From Octopus sinensis (taxonomy: Eukaryota): a stretch of DNA of 64,000 nucleotides. The notes under the pieces were generated by a model that did no database searches, had not been told where the DNA came from, and was given only the letters and a program-made list of their open reading frames with translations. Shown piece by piece: positions 1 to 13,065 of this stretch. Location: positions 17,050,001 through 17,114,000 of the forward strand of contig NC_043003.1 of the NCBI RefSeq assembly GCF_006345805.1, read 5' to 3'. How positions within the stretch are numbered: position 1 is the stretch's first letter; each line of letters starts with the position of its first letter. A program made the translations under genes and the position numbers.

Positions 1-289
1 TTCAAATATCACAGGTTTAACGTAAATCAATCAATGTGAGAAGACGAGTTAAAAGTCCTTTTTCATGAGAAAGTCACAAAAATTGAAACTTCTTTTCCAA
101 CCCGAATTTATTTAGCTTCAAAGAAATGCTATATCTCAACATTTTCACCGTATCTGATTTTAAATGCATCAGATAGAATATGTACTAGCTACGGCGGTAC
201 AGATTCTAAAACTGGAAGGATACAGAGAAGATTAGCATGGCCCCAGCACAAGGATGACGCGCAAATTTGTGAAGCGTTCCATATTTCAA

Positions 290-680
290 GGCACAGAAGT
301 GGCTGTGTGGTAAGTAGCTTGCTTACCAACCACATGGTTCCGGGTTCAGGCCTACTGCGTGGCACCTTGGGCAAGCGTTTCTACTATAGCCTCGGGCCGA
401 CCAAAGTCTTTTGAGTGGATTTGGTAGACGGAAACTGAAAGAAGCCCGTCGTATATATGTATATGTACACATGTGTGTGTTTGTGTGTCTGTGTTTGTCC
501 CCGCAAAATCTCTTGACAACCGATGCTGGTGTGTTTACGTCCCCGTAACTTAGCGTTTCGGCAAAAGAGAACGATAAAATAAGTACTAGGCTAACAAAGA
601 ATAAGTCCTGGGGTCGACTTGCTCGACTAAAGGCGGTGCTCCAGCATGGCCGCAGTCAAATGACTGAAACAAGTAAAATA
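290..680 (+). mobile_element. SINE family A (tRNA-like head, CORE-like ccttgggcaagtg segment, internal TA/TG microsatellite, gtaaaaga tail)
   Basis: A-box-like tggctgtgtgg, B-box-like ggttcaggcc; body and tail recur more than 20 times in this window. Confidence 0.9.
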
Positions 681-794
681 GAGTAATTTCAGAAAGAAAG
701 AAAAATAGCTGAACTGTTGTTCAAAGTGTTAAAAATTACATAAAGTAATAGACGTAAAAGTTTATTATTACATGTTACTATAACATGTCGGTCA

Positions 795-975
795 AAATGC
801 TTTGCGGTATTTCGTTCGTCTTCACGTTCCCAGTTCACTTTCCACCAGGGCCGATTTTGACTTTCATCCTTTCGGGATCGATAAAATGAGCACCCGTTCA
901 ACATTGGGGTCGACGTAGTCGACTTATCTCTGTCCCCCAAAATTGCTGGTCTTGTGCCAAAATTTGAAATCATTG
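795..975 (+). mobile_element. SINE family C, 5'-truncated, degenerate
   Basis: aaatgctttgcggtatttcg...gactttcatcctttcgggatcgataaa...ggggtcgac matches copies at 9275, 14161, 58263. Confidence 0.8.
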
Positions 976-1354
976 TTGCATGTTGCTTTTAATTACAAAC
1001 AATGAATTCAAAACAAAGTTTCATTATAGAATATCTATTTTTCTAAAATGCGCCATTATTCTTTAACCAGTTTTTCGTAACATTAACTCAAAGAAGAAGG
1101 AGGAGGATGATGAGGAGGAGCAGGAAGCTGTCTTCAGCGTATTTTTGTAATCTTTCTCAAACTGTGAAAAATAGGGTTCTTTTTCTTTTTGTACATTAAA
1201 AAGATATCAGTATTTCCATAATCTGCATAAGTTATTTATTTTTCCATTCCAGCTTTGATAATTATGAAAGAGCAGCATTGTAATGAAAGCTGGCTGGTTT
1301 TATCCAGTATTTGAAGTCTAGACGAGAAAACAAGAATATAAAAAATATACAGTT

Positions 1355-1419
1355 ACACACACACACACATATATATATATATGTGAATGTGGTTGTGTGT
1401 GTATGTGCGTGTTTGTGAG

Positions 1420-1467
<48 letters not shown>
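1355..1467. repeat. (CA)n/(TA)n microsatellite
   Basis: direct reading. Confidence 0.95.
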
Positions 1468-1473
<6 letters not shown>

Positions 1474-1720
1474 TGTATAGAGGGCATTATTACACATAAA
1501 TGCCACACGCTAAGAGGGACATAAGTCATTACTACCAAAATTTAACTAATCATACCTAATGCAGCTCCCGAAGCAAGACATTTAAAAACTGAATTCAGTT
1601 TTTTAAATGTCTTGCTTCGGGAGCTGCATTAGGTATGATTAGTTAAATTTTGGTAGTAATGACTTATGTCCCTCTTAGCGTGTGGCATTTATGTGTAATA
1701 ATGCCCTCTATACAATATAA
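1468..1720. repeat. 253-bp spacer-less palindrome centred on GAATTC (1591-1596)
   Basis: arms are reverse complements; the only difference I found is A5 vs T6 next to the centre. Confidence 0.95.
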
Positions 1721-1839
1721 ATGAATATTTTCAAGTGAAAAAATTATTTTCGAATTTTTTCTCTTATGAGGTTTTTCAGGCTAACTACCTGATAATTTCT
1801 TGTTAAGATTCCTTATTAAGATTTTATCCTTAATTGTTA

Positions 1840-1840
1840 A

Positions 1841-1877
<37 letters not shown>

Positions 1878-1893
1878 ATATAATATATATTAT

Positions 1894-1936
<43 letters not shown>

Positions 1937-1996
1937 TATATTTATATACATACATACACACACACACATGTATATATATAAATGTGTGTGTGTCTC

Positions 1997-2034
<38 letters not shown>

Positions 2035-2095
2035 CATATATATATACATATACATACATACATATATATATATATGTACGTATATATATATATAT
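1840..2095. repeat. (TA)n/(CA)n compound microsatellite
   Basis: direct reading. Confidence 0.95.
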
Positions 2096-2549
2096 GAGCA
2101 GGAACAGCCTGTGTGAATAAGACTTTTGCTTTGAAGTCACATGATTTTTGGTTCAAACCCATTGCAGAAAACCTTGAGTTCCCGGACCGATCAATATCAT
2201 TTCACTTCATCAAAAAAATGACCCAAGAATAAGTTGTGGGTCAGTTTGATCGCCTAAAGCATTCTAGACAGTGCTTTAGCTTTGTAGTACTTCAGTTAGT
2301 ACCAAGAAAGAAAGAAAGATCAGAGACAGGTATTCTCTGTATAAAATACACTTCGTAGTGTTCAAGAGATTTGAACTTGAGCAGGTAGAGGGATAAATAT
2401 AAGGACAAGCATGTGAAGTAAGTCGATATTAAAAAAAAAGTACCAAATATATTTAATACAAAAAATGTACATATGTATACAAATAAAGAAGTCCAACTTA
2501 AATAGAATAGAAATTCCTGATATTTCTATTCTGTCTAACTTCTGTCTAG

Positions 2550-2800
2550 CCCGTCGTATATATGTATACATATATGTATGTGCGTGTATATATGTTTGTG
2601 TGTCTGTGTTTGTTCCCCCCCCCCAACATCGCTTGATAACCGATGGTGGTGTGTTTACATCCCTGTAACTTAGCGGTTCGGCATAAGAGACCGATAGAAT
2701 AAGTACTAGGCTTACAAAGAATAAGTCTTGGGGTCGATTTGGTCGACTAAAGGCGGTGCTCCAGCATGGCCACAGTCAAATGACTGAATCAAGTAAAAGT
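2550..2800 (+). mobile_element. SINE family A, 3' half
   Basis: gcccgtcg-microsatellite-caacatcgcttgataaccgatg...cagtcaaatgactg. Confidence 0.9.
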
Positions 2801-3374
2801 ATATATATATATATATACGCACACACACACACACATACATACATAGACTGATGCATGTACAATGTACATATTCTAAACAAGAAAATAATATTTTACATCT
2901 GTATCTGTGATTAAGAATGAATGAAAACAAACTAATTTGAATATGTAATCTAATTCTATTTTTGCTTTAAATTAAGATTTCAAAGACTTAGACAAGCTTT
3001 TCCATTGCAAAGCCACGTAAATTAAGCAAACATTTCAAAGTTTGTCTGCCACCAGAAAGAAACCTGCAGCTGTTTAGACTAATTACTATTATCTCCACTA
3101 GGAAAACAGATTTTATGTTTTCTTACCGTTAACTTCCAAACACACAGTGTTCTATGTAACTGATTAAAAATAACAATACCAACAATTATGAATACGTATA
3201 ACAGTGTTATTGAAATGTATTTACTCGCCACATTTCTGCTTATCATCCAAGTAAGATTGCTGCCTCCCTATAAGGTGATATATTGAAGTATTATGGAATT
3301 CCGGGACATTTGCCTTTCAACAGATATTCAACTGGATTTTTGTTGGTAGGAAAATTCTAGTCATTAATTGCTTT

Positions 3375-3965
3375 CGAGTGTATGCTTAGCGGTATTTCGT
3401 CTGCCGTTACGTTCTGAGTTCAAATTCCGCCGAGGTCGACTTTGCCTTTCATCCTTTCGGGGTCGATAAATTAAGTACCAGTTACGCACTGGGGTCGATA
3501 TAATCGACTTAATCCGTCTGTCTGTCCTTGTTTGCCCTCTCTGTGTTTAGCCCCTTGTGGGTAGTAAAGAAATAGAAATAGGTATTTCGTCTGCCGTTAC
3601 GTACTGAGTTCAAATTTCGCCGAGGTCGACTTTGTCTTTCATCCTTTCGGGATCGATTAAATAAGTACCAGTTATGCACTGGGGTCGATGTAATCGACTT
3701 AATCCCTTTGTCTTTCTTTAATTGACCCCTCTATGTTTAGCCCCTTGTGGGCAATAAGGAAATAAGAAACGTTACCACGCCGGGCGAAATGCTCAGCGGT
3801 ATTTCGCCTGTCTTTATGTTCTGAGTTCAAATTCCGCCGAGTTCGACTTAGTCTTTCATCCTTTCGGGGTCGATAAATTAAGTACCAGTTGCGTTCTAGT
3901 ATCGATCTAATCGACTGGCCTCCCTCCCCCCAAATTTCGGGCCTTGTGTCTAGATTAGAAACGAA
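3375..3965 (+). mobile_element. SINE family C, head-to-tail trimer of about 190-bp units
   Basis: gtatttcgtctgccgttacg...agccccttgtgggtagtaaagaaatag repeated in tandem. Confidence 0.9.
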
Positions 3966-4637
3966 TTTTACTTCAAAGAACAAATACAAGATAAACGGTT
4001 ACTCTTTTCGTACAACAAAATTAGCAAGATAGTTAGTTAATTAATTATTTGTACGTACAAACCAACTGCAGGTTGTTCTTTTTGTAGGCTTTTATCTATT
4101 CTGGCGGACGTAGATTTGAGGCGTTCTGGAATTGTTATCACAGTATCAGATGAACATCCTCTCTGGGATAAATTTGTTTACCATCTTCTTAATATTACTG
4201 AAACCAAAATGAAATACTTATTCTACAAATCCCTGAAGTTTATAAAAAATCTATTTAATCATTTTTTGAAAGATAATGAATTTTATTTAGTAAAATAATA
4301 CTAATGACATCGATTCAGATAATTTTCTTTTAATCACACACGAAATCCATCATAATAATGACATATGACAGCAAAATATTTCTGAAGATATTTCTATAAG
4401 AATGTATGCAGATAAAACAGCTACAAAAATATTTTTCAAAATATCATTTTAAAAATGACAACTTATCACGACAGTTCAGATATCAAGCTAGATAATATGG
4501 GCTAATTCTACAGATAACAAATCACGAATTCATAAAAAAATGGGTTTACCTCATCAAATAAAACTTGTAAAAATATTTCCGCTATGGAAATATCATTATT
4601 TCTAATTCTCTCTGAAGGAGACTACGGCAGCGGTACT

Positions 4638-4920
4638 GGATATTAATAGTTATCGCCAAGCTAACATGACAGTCCAGAAAAATAAGACGAATGCTGCCGT
4701 TGATTAGCTCCAAGAGGCCATCGCCTCTAGCTAGCTATGTGACACACAAACCTGTGTCTATTATAACCTTCAAACCTCCCCTATTCGAAGGTTAATTTGG
4801 ATACAGGTTGGTGTGTCACATAGCTAGCTAGAGGCGATGGCCTCTTGGAGCTAATCAAAGGCAGCATTTGTCCTATTTTTCTGGACTGCCATGTTAGCTT
4901 GGCGATAACTATTAATTTCC
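4638..4920. repeat. fold-back/MITE-like inverted repeat, about 120-bp arms
   Basis: 4638-4757 is the reverse complement of 4800-4920 with scattered mismatches; spacer holds an aaccttc/gaaggtt hairpin. Confidence 0.85.
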
Positions 4921-5177
4921 ACTATGTTTATAGTTCAACGCTGAAAAATTCTATTCGATGTTTTAAAAGTTAAATTGGAGTATCTTTAATAATATTTTAA
5001 TCGTTTTATGTGCGTTAAGTTCACGGGAATATAGAGCATAAGACCAACTGTTTGTAAGGTTCCATACAAGCTATTCAGCTCAAAATACAAATCATTATAC
5101 TAGAAGATCGTGCTTCATTGTAACATATCTACAAAATAGAAATAAAGCAATTCTGAACAAAGCATTTCTTGTAAATA

Positions 5178-5751
5178 TTGAGTTGTCCGGAAAGTTCATG
5201 CAGATTTTTAAAGGAAACAAAAAGGTCAATAAATACTTGCCTTTACCCAACCTTTACCAGGTGCTCATGAACGACGGATTTTGATAGGTTGAGGCCTTCT
5301 GCCAATTCTCGGGTTATGCAATGTGGTTTATTTTCAATTAATGACTTGATTTGGTCATCATCTGTAGTGTATGGTCTGCCTGATCGCTCTTTATCAATAA
5401 GGCTACAATCTCCAGCTCGGAACCTTGCGAGTCACTTCCGTACAGTTCTTTCAGATAAAGAAACATCACCGTAAACTGCGCATATTTCTTTGGTTGCTTG
5501 TGAGGCAGTTTTTCCTTTACGGAAAAAGAAAAGCATCAAGTGCCGAAAATGAACTTTCTTATCTTCCATTTTAAAGGGTTACAGAATTAACACAGGTTAT
5601 AGGAACATAAACCTTCTTCCACGAAAAGATAGCTTTAACTGTGCTCTAAATGGAGGTGTAGTCAAATCCTATTTTATGGACTCAAACATGTTTTAAAATA
5701 AGTCGAAAGGTAAGCTACTATAAATCAGTACGAACTTTCCGGACAACCCAA
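5178..5751 (-). mobile_element. internally deleted mariner element (transposase N-terminal HTH remnant)
   Basis: TIRs ttgagttgtccggaaagttc / gaactttccggacaacccaa, TA on both sides; minus strand from 5569 reads MEDKKVHFRHLMLFFFRKGKTASQATKEICAVYGDVSLSERTVRK*LARFRAGDCSLIDKERSGRP. Confidence 0.9.
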
Positions 5752-7974
5752 TATATAGGTATTTTCCCGATAGATTATCAGTATTACGTTTAAGAAAAAT
5801 AAGGAAGCAAATACAAGAGTATTGACAAAAGTCTGCTATATTTTTATTGCAATAGTATAACGTTTTTATTTTCTAATTAGTGTCTACATTTCTTTGGAGT
5901 GATTTTCGCTGCATGATTTAATATTTTAAACGAGTTTTCACTCAACTTGACATGAGTTTTAAAATTATTTGGCTTATATTCTGCATTCTGTTGAAAGGTA
6001 AGATTTAAATATTTTGTTCAATAGATGAAGCTAGTATAGCTTGAAATTTACATTTAAAAAATGTTAACAAGATTCATTCTCCTGAAATAATTACCTTCAG
6101 TAAATTTGTAGACACGCAGACTTGGGTTGTTCATAAATTCTCCTATAGATAAATTGATGCCTCTCCAGACAATGAACCCATGTTTCAACAACTTCTAGCT
6201 GCTGACGGAACAAACAATTAACTAAATGCTTAGTGAAGAGAATAATTTCTTGGATACATGTTTAGTTAACCGCAAAGTAACTTGAGATATGCTCTTTATA
6301 TCACATATCATGAAATATATAATTTAAATGTCTGCCAAATGTATTTTCTTTTTCAAAGGTTCCTAGGTAGGCATAATAATTCTTCAGTAACCCGTTAAAT
6401 ATTCAGATATTGAGTAACGTTGAATTCTATACAAGTTTGAAATACCATTCAAAATTCAAATACCATACAAAAGTTTTTGCGTAATCTGGAAATAAGTTTT
6501 GGAGGAAACATATAGTAATCCATCATCTATATAGCAGATCACTAATAAATGGTCAAGATCAAGTATCTTAGACTAACAAGTTTAATATAAAGAATATTGG
6601 GATCTTTACCTTTTGACCGACATACTTAAGAAATAATTCTTTGTAACTAAACACTTTCAAACTTCGGACACTGGTAGAATGTGTCATATAAAACATCTTT
6701 TACTCTTAGCGCTTTTAAGAAAAACCGATATTTACGAAGTTATTTCACGTTAAAGTAGTCCTATTTCGGTAATTTCAACCTATCAATGACGTGTATTTAG
6801 CTGAATAAAATTACGGCTGTTGTTTGTCAACAAGAATTTCCAGCGGTGTATATAAACAATCATATCATTGAAATCTCAAAAAGCTACGACATAATGATTG
6901 ATTCAAAACAATTTGAATAAATAAGCATTATATTTGACAGAGTAATTTGAATGCTAAAGGGTTAAGGCGTTCACACTACGAATATTTCTTTTCATTTTTG
7001 ATTGCAAGAATTATCAAATGTTTCTACCTTGCTCAGGTGACGAATAGCACTTTTACTGATATCATACTCAAAGGCAACTTATACAAATACTTAGAGACTG
7101 GTGCAAACTAATCGAAACTCTTATTATATTCGTATTTTCCTTTTAAAATCTTTTTTGCTTCACAGTATGGATTCTGTTATCTTATTTTATATTTACCATT
7201 AAATTTCTTTTGTCTCGACTGCTACTCGCCTCCGTTATAACCTCAAATATCCTGCACATCAGTTTTCCTGACTATTTCAGTTACTAACACCAGGATGTCT
7301 GTTAATGTGATACGAAGATAAATGACAGTTATCAGAGGTGATGTCTGAGGAGAATAAAAGAAGAGAAAAGAAGAGAAATCTCGGTAGGCATATACATAAA
7401 TATATATGTATACTTCCTTATCTAATCCGCATGGAATTGTTATGAGGCTGAGCGTTGACAATCTATCAGAGTCTGAAGAGATAAAATTACAGCAAAGCAG
7501 TGGCATTGATAAGGGAAATTTCTTCACTAAAATAAAATGAAATGAAGAATACATACAAACAGACCTACTGAAAAATGTACGAAGGAGTGCTACGTTAATT
7601 ATGATTTTATTCAACATAATTCCCTCTCAAATTCAGCGGTCGTTCATTTTTTTCTAAGCTCGATGAAAAGATCGGTTGGGAAATACTGTTACTGTATTTT
7701 TTTCACATTAAGCAAATGAAATTACATTCACGATAGCGTTGCAGAGAATCGCGTCTGAGTGCTTTGAAGCAGTCCAAAAAATCAATGCCTGCCATACCGT
7801 TTAATTAATCAATCAGTCAATCAATCAATCAATCAATCAGTTAATCAGATGGCATGACAGACATTGATTTTCATTGCTACAAAACATTCTTTAATAAAAC
7901 TTTAAGGATGTCGTCCACATGATGTTGGAGCTGTGTTAAATAGCCTCCACCACATCAACGGCAATACGTTTTTT

Positions 7975-8272
7975 ATTTATTTATGCGCCCTTTTCAAGCC
8001 TAGCCGGCTCATGGGCCCGGTTTCCTGGTTTCTGTGGAGTATGTGTTCCCCCCAGCTGGATGGGACGCCAGTCCATCGCAGCGTTACTCAAGAAACAGAA
8101 AGAAAGAGCGAAAGAGTACAACAGGGGTCGCCCCCCCCCCTGCCGGAGCCTCGGGGAGCTTTAGGTGTTTTCGCTCAATAAACACACACAACGTCCAGTC
8201 TGGGAATTGAAACCGCGATCCTCCGACAGCGAGTCCGCTGCCCTAACCACTGGGCCATTGCGCCTCCACAAA
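7975..8272 (-). mobile_element. SINE family B (variant head ggaggcgcaatggcccagtggttagggcagcggactc)
   Basis: tRNA-like head; tail gggcccatgagccggctaggcttgaaaagggcgca shared with other B copies. Confidence 0.85.
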
Positions 8273-8386
8273 AGCAATAAGTAACTAACTGCAAGTGACT
8301 TGCTCCTTTTTCTGAAGCTTGCTTCGCTGGGATGACAGATTAGAAGAGGGAATGTTTGGGTATATAGACTAAATAAACAGAATACC

Positions 8387-8640
8387 GTGGAGGCGCGTGG
8401 CTTAGTGGTTAGGGTGTCAGCATCATGATCGTAAGATTGTGGTTTCGATTCATGGACCGGGCGACGCGTTGTGTTCTTGAGCAAAACACTTCATTTCACG
8501 TTGCTCCAGTCCACTCAGTTGGCAAAAATGAGTAACGCTGCGATGGACTGGCGTCTCGTCCAGCTTAGGAACACATACGCCATAGGAACCGGGAAACCGG
8601 GCCCATTAGCTTGGTTAGGCTTTAAAACGGCGCATATATT
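8387..8640 (+). mobile_element. SINE family B
   Basis: ggaggcgcgtggcttagtggttaggg...ggtttcgattc...ttgagcaaaacacttc...ttgctccagtccactcag. Confidence 0.9.
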
Positions 8641-9274
8641 TATTTTATCTATATAGTATATCAACCTTCTTCGAAGATGTGGGCATACCTTTAGGACGCT
8701 AGCACAGATTTTACCGGAACTTAACGCAAAATAATGTATAATTTCATTTATCGCTATATTTATACATTGGATGTCGAAAGTTATGCCGGAGATAATATTT
8801 TGGGGTTTGATTTCAATTAGACTACCTTCAGCAGGATTACTGAAGACAGGGCAATATTGTTCCAACAGAAATTATGCCATTTCTTAGGCATCGTTGTGTG
8901 GAATGTTGTTATCATCAATCAGTGGGATGATGGGCAAAACAGTTGTCCCTTTGTTTGTTGGTAAACAAGCAGAACACATTTAGGTTGTGCTTGATTTTCT
9001 CAATGACCCAGTCCTCCTCTACATCGCTTTGATTGTTGATACAAGTTTTCCTGCTATTCTATATACATATATATATATATATACATATATGTGTGGTTGT
9101 TTACATTTTTATATGAACATATGTATATATACATGCGTATATATTTACATACATATGTATATATATGTGGATCATAATAGCAATATTATGAGTAATAGGT
9201 AATATATGTTTACATATGTCAGCGCTGACATTGAAGTGAGGCTCTCGGAATTCTAATATTAGAATGCTAAAATT

Positions 9275-9490
9275 AAGGCGGCGAGCTGGCGGAATCGTTA
9301 GCACACCGGACAAAATCGTCAGCAGCATTTCGTCCATCTTTACGTTCTGAGTTCAATTTCTGCCGAGATCGACCTTGCCTTTTACCCTTTCGGGGATCGA
9401 TGAAATGAGTACTAGTCAAGCACTGGGGGGCGACGTAATCGACTTTACGCTTCCACCGAATTTGCTGTCCTTGCACCAAAGTTTGAAACC
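9275..9490 (+). mobile_element. SINE family C, monomer
   Basis: ggcggcgagctggcggaatcgttagc head, ctgagttcaa B-box-like motif. Confidence 0.85.
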
Positions 9491-9581
9491 AATAACAACC
9501 ATCATAATAATCTGGCAGATTTTCAACTGCATCTACGGCCCTAGATGGAATGGCTGAATCGTTAATGCGTTGGACACATTG

Positions 9582-9630
<49 letters not shown>

Positions 9631-9839
9631 GTAACGGCTCTGAGCCTACTAAGTTTAAATCCTGTTGAAGTTTAACTTACCTTTCATCCTTCCCAGATCA
9701 ATAATATAAAGTAGCAATCAAGTACTGGGTTCAATTTAACCGATTGTATTCTCATAGGAAAAGAAAAGGAAATTGGTGTTCTTGTGTTGAAGTTAGAAAT
9801 CAAATTTAGCGCATGTTATTATTTGAATAGTTTACTCTT

Positions 9840-10040
9840 TTACTCTTTTACTTGTTTCAGTCATTTGACTGCGGCCATGCTGGAGCACCGCCTTTAGTCG
9901 AGCAAATCGATCCCAGGACTTATTCTTTGTAAGCCTAGTACTTGTTCTATCGGTCTCTTTTGCCGAACCGATAAGTTACGGGGACGTAAACACACCAGCA
10001 TCGGTTGTCAAGCGATGCTGGGGGGACAAACACAGACGCA

Positions 10041-10112
<72 letters not shown>

Positions 10113-10275
10113 CATATATACGACGGGCTTCTTTCAGTTTCCGTCTACTAAATCCACTCACAAGCCAGAGGCTATAGTAGGAGACACTTGCCCATGGTGC
10201 CAAGCAGTGGGACTGAACCCGGAACCATGTGGTTGATAAGCAAGCTACTTACCACACAGCCACTCCTACGCCTAT
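9840..10275 (-). mobile_element. SINE family A, full length
   Basis: reverse complement of the family A consensus with central (CA)n. Confidence 0.9.
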
Positions 10276-10342
10276 GGAGTGGAAATTTTGGAAAGAAAAA
10301 GTTCACTTTAATAATCTCTCTCTATCTGTCTTTCTTTATATA

Positions 10343-10680
10343 TCAGGTCATCCCATAAGTAATGTCCGAATTTTGGATGAGGAAAAAAAAGCGATCAAAG
10401 TTTACACTTTATAAAAATTTAAACCTGTATATTAGTCCCAACACTATCGACAACTTCCTTCCATCTGCTCGTCAATTTTTAAAATTTCATTGGTTAAAAA
10501 ATCTCTCTTGGTTTTGATGAGAAGAAGGGAGACAGGTCAGTTTCAACCGCTTTGGGGCTTTTCAGTATTAATCCATGTAACTGACTCTGTAAGCTTCGAA
10601 ACAAATGGTAATCAGAAGAAGCGAGGTTCAGGGAATAAGGTGGGTGAGAGATTTTTCTCAGCCAAATTTGAAGCTTCTTG
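10343..10680 (-). mobile_element. mariner 3' fragment
   Basis: TA followed by TIR-like tcaggtcatcccataagtaatgtccg; minus strand encodes PPYSLNLASSDYHLFRSL (YSPDLAPSD motif) and RWKEVVDS. Confidence 0.8.
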
Positions 10681-11307
10681 CCTTCTATATAAATGCTATA
10701 ATTACTTTACTACAACGTGATAGAATCTCTCCGAAGATATATAATGAGGCTTAAAGCTGCATAATAAACGTAACCAAACGATTAATATTTTAATATAATG
10801 AAGTGAAATTTGAATAAAATTAGTTAATAAAATAACACCCAGGATTGTTATATTGCTATCACAACTGTTATGAATGATTTATTTCAGAAAAATAATTAGA
10901 ATTTGAAGAAGCTGATTACTAAATACAGAAAAATTACTGAGAAAGTTGCTTACGTTACTAAATAGCAGCTTGAAATGTCAGACCTTTCACTTTCCTCACG
11001 GCAAGCTACTTTGTAGACTGTTCATGTTTCACATTTATGAATTTCATTGAACAGGAACAGCGTAGATTTCTTAGAGAGATGACGTGTGGTTAATTAAATA
11101 GAAAAGTTGAATTTCTCTGGTACGTATAAATATAAATATAGACGTGACTGTGTGCTAAGAAGCTTGCTGCCCAACCTCATGGTTCCGGGTTCAGTCCTAC
11201 TGCGTGGAACTTTCGGCAGGTGTTCTCTATCATAACCTCAGGCTGACCAAAGTCTTGGGAGTGGATTTGGTAGACGCAAACTGAAAGAAGCCCGTCGTGT
11301 ACATGTA

Positions 11308-11375
<68 letters not shown>

Positions 11376-11479
11376 TATTATTATTATTATTATTATTATT
11401 ATGTGAGGGAATATTATTCCTAACTTACAGGGGAAAATTCAATTTAGAAATACTAAATCAAATTTCACAAAATATTATA

Positions 11480-11790
11480 TATATATAAAAATTAGAAAAA
11501 GCACCTTTTATCAATTCAAAATGAACAATTTACACCATCTAGAAAATTACATATAATAGAAATATTAAAATTAAAATAACAATAATATACCGATGATTAA
11601 GTAAATTGCAAACTAATAATAAAAACGTATATATTTGGTATGTATACCAAATATATACGATTTTATTATTATTTTGCAATTTACTTAATCATCGGTATAT
11701 CATAGTTATGTAATTTTCTAGATGGTGTAATTTAATTGTTCATTTCGAATTGATAAATGTGTTTTTTCAAATTTATATATATATATATAT
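11480..11790. repeat. AT-rich imperfect hairpin of about 300 bp centred at 11641-11644
   Basis: tataccgatgattaagtaaattgcaaa...ttggta / taccaa...tttgcaatttacttaatcatcggtata; outer arms ttacaccatctagaaaattacata / tatgtaattttctagatggtgtaa. Confidence 0.85.
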
Positions 11791-12536
11791 ATATTAGTCT
11801 ATATTGCCGAACTGCTAATGTTACGGGGACGTAAATAAACAAACTCCGGCTGTCAAGTGGTGGCGGGAGGCAATCACAGAGAGACAAACACACGCATATA
11901 TAAATATGACAGTTTTTTTTCACATTTTCCGTCTTCCAAATTCTCTTACAAGTTATTGGTCGGTCCAAACCCTCTTACTCAAGGTGCCGCGCTGTGTAAC
12001 TGACCTCAAAACCACGCGTGGAACTGCCTCTGAATATAATGTCTCCGCAACCTGGATTGAATAGGGATAAATAATAACAAGAACAACAACACTTATTATT
12101 CTATTTGGCTGCGAATCTAAAGTTTTTGAAAGAAGCATTTACTTCAATATTTCTGACGTTACTTATTAATAGAATTAACCCACAATGGAACCCAAGCTCA
12201 ACAGTTAGTTCGTCTATATAAAGTGAATATATGACTTAAATTTCATATTGACAAAGGCAAAAACTCATCCGTGTTTTCTCAACCATTATCGACGTTAAGG
12301 AAAACAAGAAACACTCTGAGTGAATGTTATTAAAATATCTGGTGGCAGGAAGCATATGTAAGTGTAAATATGTACGATTACGTTACATTCAAAACCAAAC
12401 AAACTCTTTATGCTTGTATAATTTCTACTTGTAACGCCTATGTATTTTATGTATTTGAAGACATGTACACCTGACATACATACATACACACATACATACA
12501 TGCATACATACATATATATGTATATGTATATATACA

Positions 12537-12573
<37 letters not shown>

Positions 12574-12649
12574 GTCTGTCTATCTATCTATCTATTTATC
12601 TATCTATAGTATATAATATATATATATACATCTCTCTCTCTTTTTTGTT

Positions 12650-13065
12650 TACTTATTTCAGTCATTTGACTGTGGCCATGCTGGAGCACCGCCTTTAGTC
12701 GAGCAACTCGACCCCAGGACTTATTCTTTGTAAGTTTAGTACTTATTCTATCGGTCTCTTTTGCCGAACCGCTAAGTTATGGGGATCATTAAAACACCAG
12801 CATTGGTTGTCAAGCGACGTTGGGGGAGACAGACACACAAACATACGCACACACACAAACATACACACACACACATACATGCATATAAACATTTACATAT
12901 ATACGACGGGATTCTTTTCCGTCTACCAAATCCACTCACAAGGCTTTGGTCGGCCCGAGACTATAGTAGAAGACACTTGCCCAAGGTGCTACGTAGTGGG
13001 ACTGAACCCAGTACCATATGGTTCGTAAGCAAGCTACTTACCACAAAGCCACTCCTACGCCTACG
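12650..13065 (-). mobile_element. SINE family A, full length
   Basis: reverse complement of the consensus. Confidence 0.9.

Noticed and set aside
3375-3965. CRISPR-like array in the tandem units
   Set aside because: Whole 190-bp units repeat with no unique spacers; eukaryotic SINE context.
6600-6965. piggyBac-like MITE ending gggTTAA
   Set aside because: Only one convincing end; the left side lacks TTAA-CCC.
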